From the NCBI GenBank assembly GCA_016748015.1, contig JAAOMT010000494.1:488190-552189 (forward strand): 64,000 nt of DNA, given 5' to 3'. Positions 62,596 through 64,000 of this stretch are shown in pieces. The translations under genes were made by a program, and so were the position numbers. Below the pieces are notes generated by a model. It had not been told where the DNA came from and searched no databases. It saw nothing but the letters and a program-made list of their open reading frames with translations. Numbering within the stretch: position 1 is the first letter of the stretch; the number at the start of each line of letters is the position of its first letter. This DNA comes from Geosiphon pyriformis uo1. Taxonomy: Eukaryota; Fungi; Glomeromycota.

Positions 62596-64000
62596 TAGTT
62601 TTAGAACTAACATAATTATTGTTTTTTTGATTAATAATATTAATTAAAACTAATCTGCATTAATATATATTTTGACTTTTATATATTATTAAATCTATTA
62701 ACAAATTATTAACAATTTTATTTATATATATAATAAAAGCTGTTTATAAAAGATTTTTTATTGTTGTTAAAAAACATTTTTATAATAAAAATTATTTTAA
62801 AATCAATTGTTTGTATTATAAAAAAATTAACTTTTTTGATTATGTATTTATATATAAATTAAATAAAATATTTTGTTTAAATTTATTATTAAAGATAGCT
62901 AATATTTGGATTTTATTAAAAAGTGTGATTTAATTATTATTTTTAATTTTATATATTTTAATATTATATAAATTAAATAACAGTTTATATACTACTTTCT
63001 ATAAAAATTTTGTGTTTTATAATTAATTAATAAAATTAATTTCAATTTTTTTTTAATATTAAAACAACTATTATTAAGTTAATAAATTTTGTAAAAAGTT
63101 TAATTTTATATTACAAAAACAGAATTTAATTATATAAATCTAAGTATAAAATAACTATAAAAAAGTAATTTAGTATTAAATAATAAGTCAATATTTTATA
63201 ATTTGTGTAGACTATTATGTAAATTTTTTAATAGAATTTTTTACTTATTATTAACTTTAAATATATTTATAATTATTTTTTTTAGATTTAGATAATTTAA
63301 TTTATATAATAATAAGTATATAATATTGTTACATATTAGAGTAATAAGCTAATAAATAGCAAAATAAAACAAAATTATATGATAAAAAAAAAATAAAAAG
63401 AAATTCAACTTTAAAAAACAAATTAAATTGGTATAAATTCAATGTATAAAATTAGTTTTATAAATATTTTAGTTATTACTCTTTCTAAAAAATAACAAAA
63501 AAATTTAAAAATAAAAAAATAATATATATTATTAATAAAAAATAATATATTGATATAATTCTATGTTTTATGTTAATATTCTTAAAATTTAATATCAAAT
63601 ATTAATTGTATTTTTAATAATATTTATTTAATAATTTTTAAAACTAATAATTACAGATAAATACTAACATGTAATTTTTTATTACAAAGATGTTTAGATA
63701 TTTAAAGAAAATTGAAAAAAAATAAGTAAATTAGAAAGAATTAAATATTTAGAAAGAATTTTTATTACTTTGATTTATACATGTTTTATATATTTAAATA
63801 TGCTCTTTTAAAGTTAAAAAATACATTAATTATATAATTATTCAAAATAATTAATAATCAAGTTAGTAATTAGATTAATAATTAAGTTATTAATTAGATT
63901 AATAATTATGATCTAAAAATAAAATAGTTAATTATAATATTAATGATTAATACATATAATAACTAATAAAAACTATAAATTTTATTTATATAGTATAATT

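Overview
AT-rich eukaryotic (fungal) genomic DNA made almost entirely of nested, mutationally decayed retrotransposons around one intact host gene, a 7-exon aspartate kinase (HOM3-like, minus strand, 30616-33043, 522 aa, one GC-AG intron, Gcn4/CpcA-type site upstream). The intron style, AT content and TE complement suggest an early-diverging fungus such as Glomeromycotina (inference only). TEs: two Ty3/Gypsy families (A: 982-bp LTRs, copies A1 and A2; B: ~850-bp LTRs, copies B1 and full-length B2), a 1.77-kb solo LTR, three originally full-length APE-RT-RNaseH LINEs with candidate TSDs, several LINE fragments and a coding relic. The most striking observation is the Gypsy architecture. In all four copies of both families the gag-PR-(Cys-rich domain)-dUTPase-RT-RNaseH frame stops at the same position. 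Integrase then starts from its own ATG after a variable non-coding spacer, and a third, conserved, unannotated ~210-240 aa ORF follows in the env position. TE copies show pervasive C>T/G>A change that is not limited to CpG, ending in ultra-AT-rich tracts that are still recognisable as LINE ghosts.
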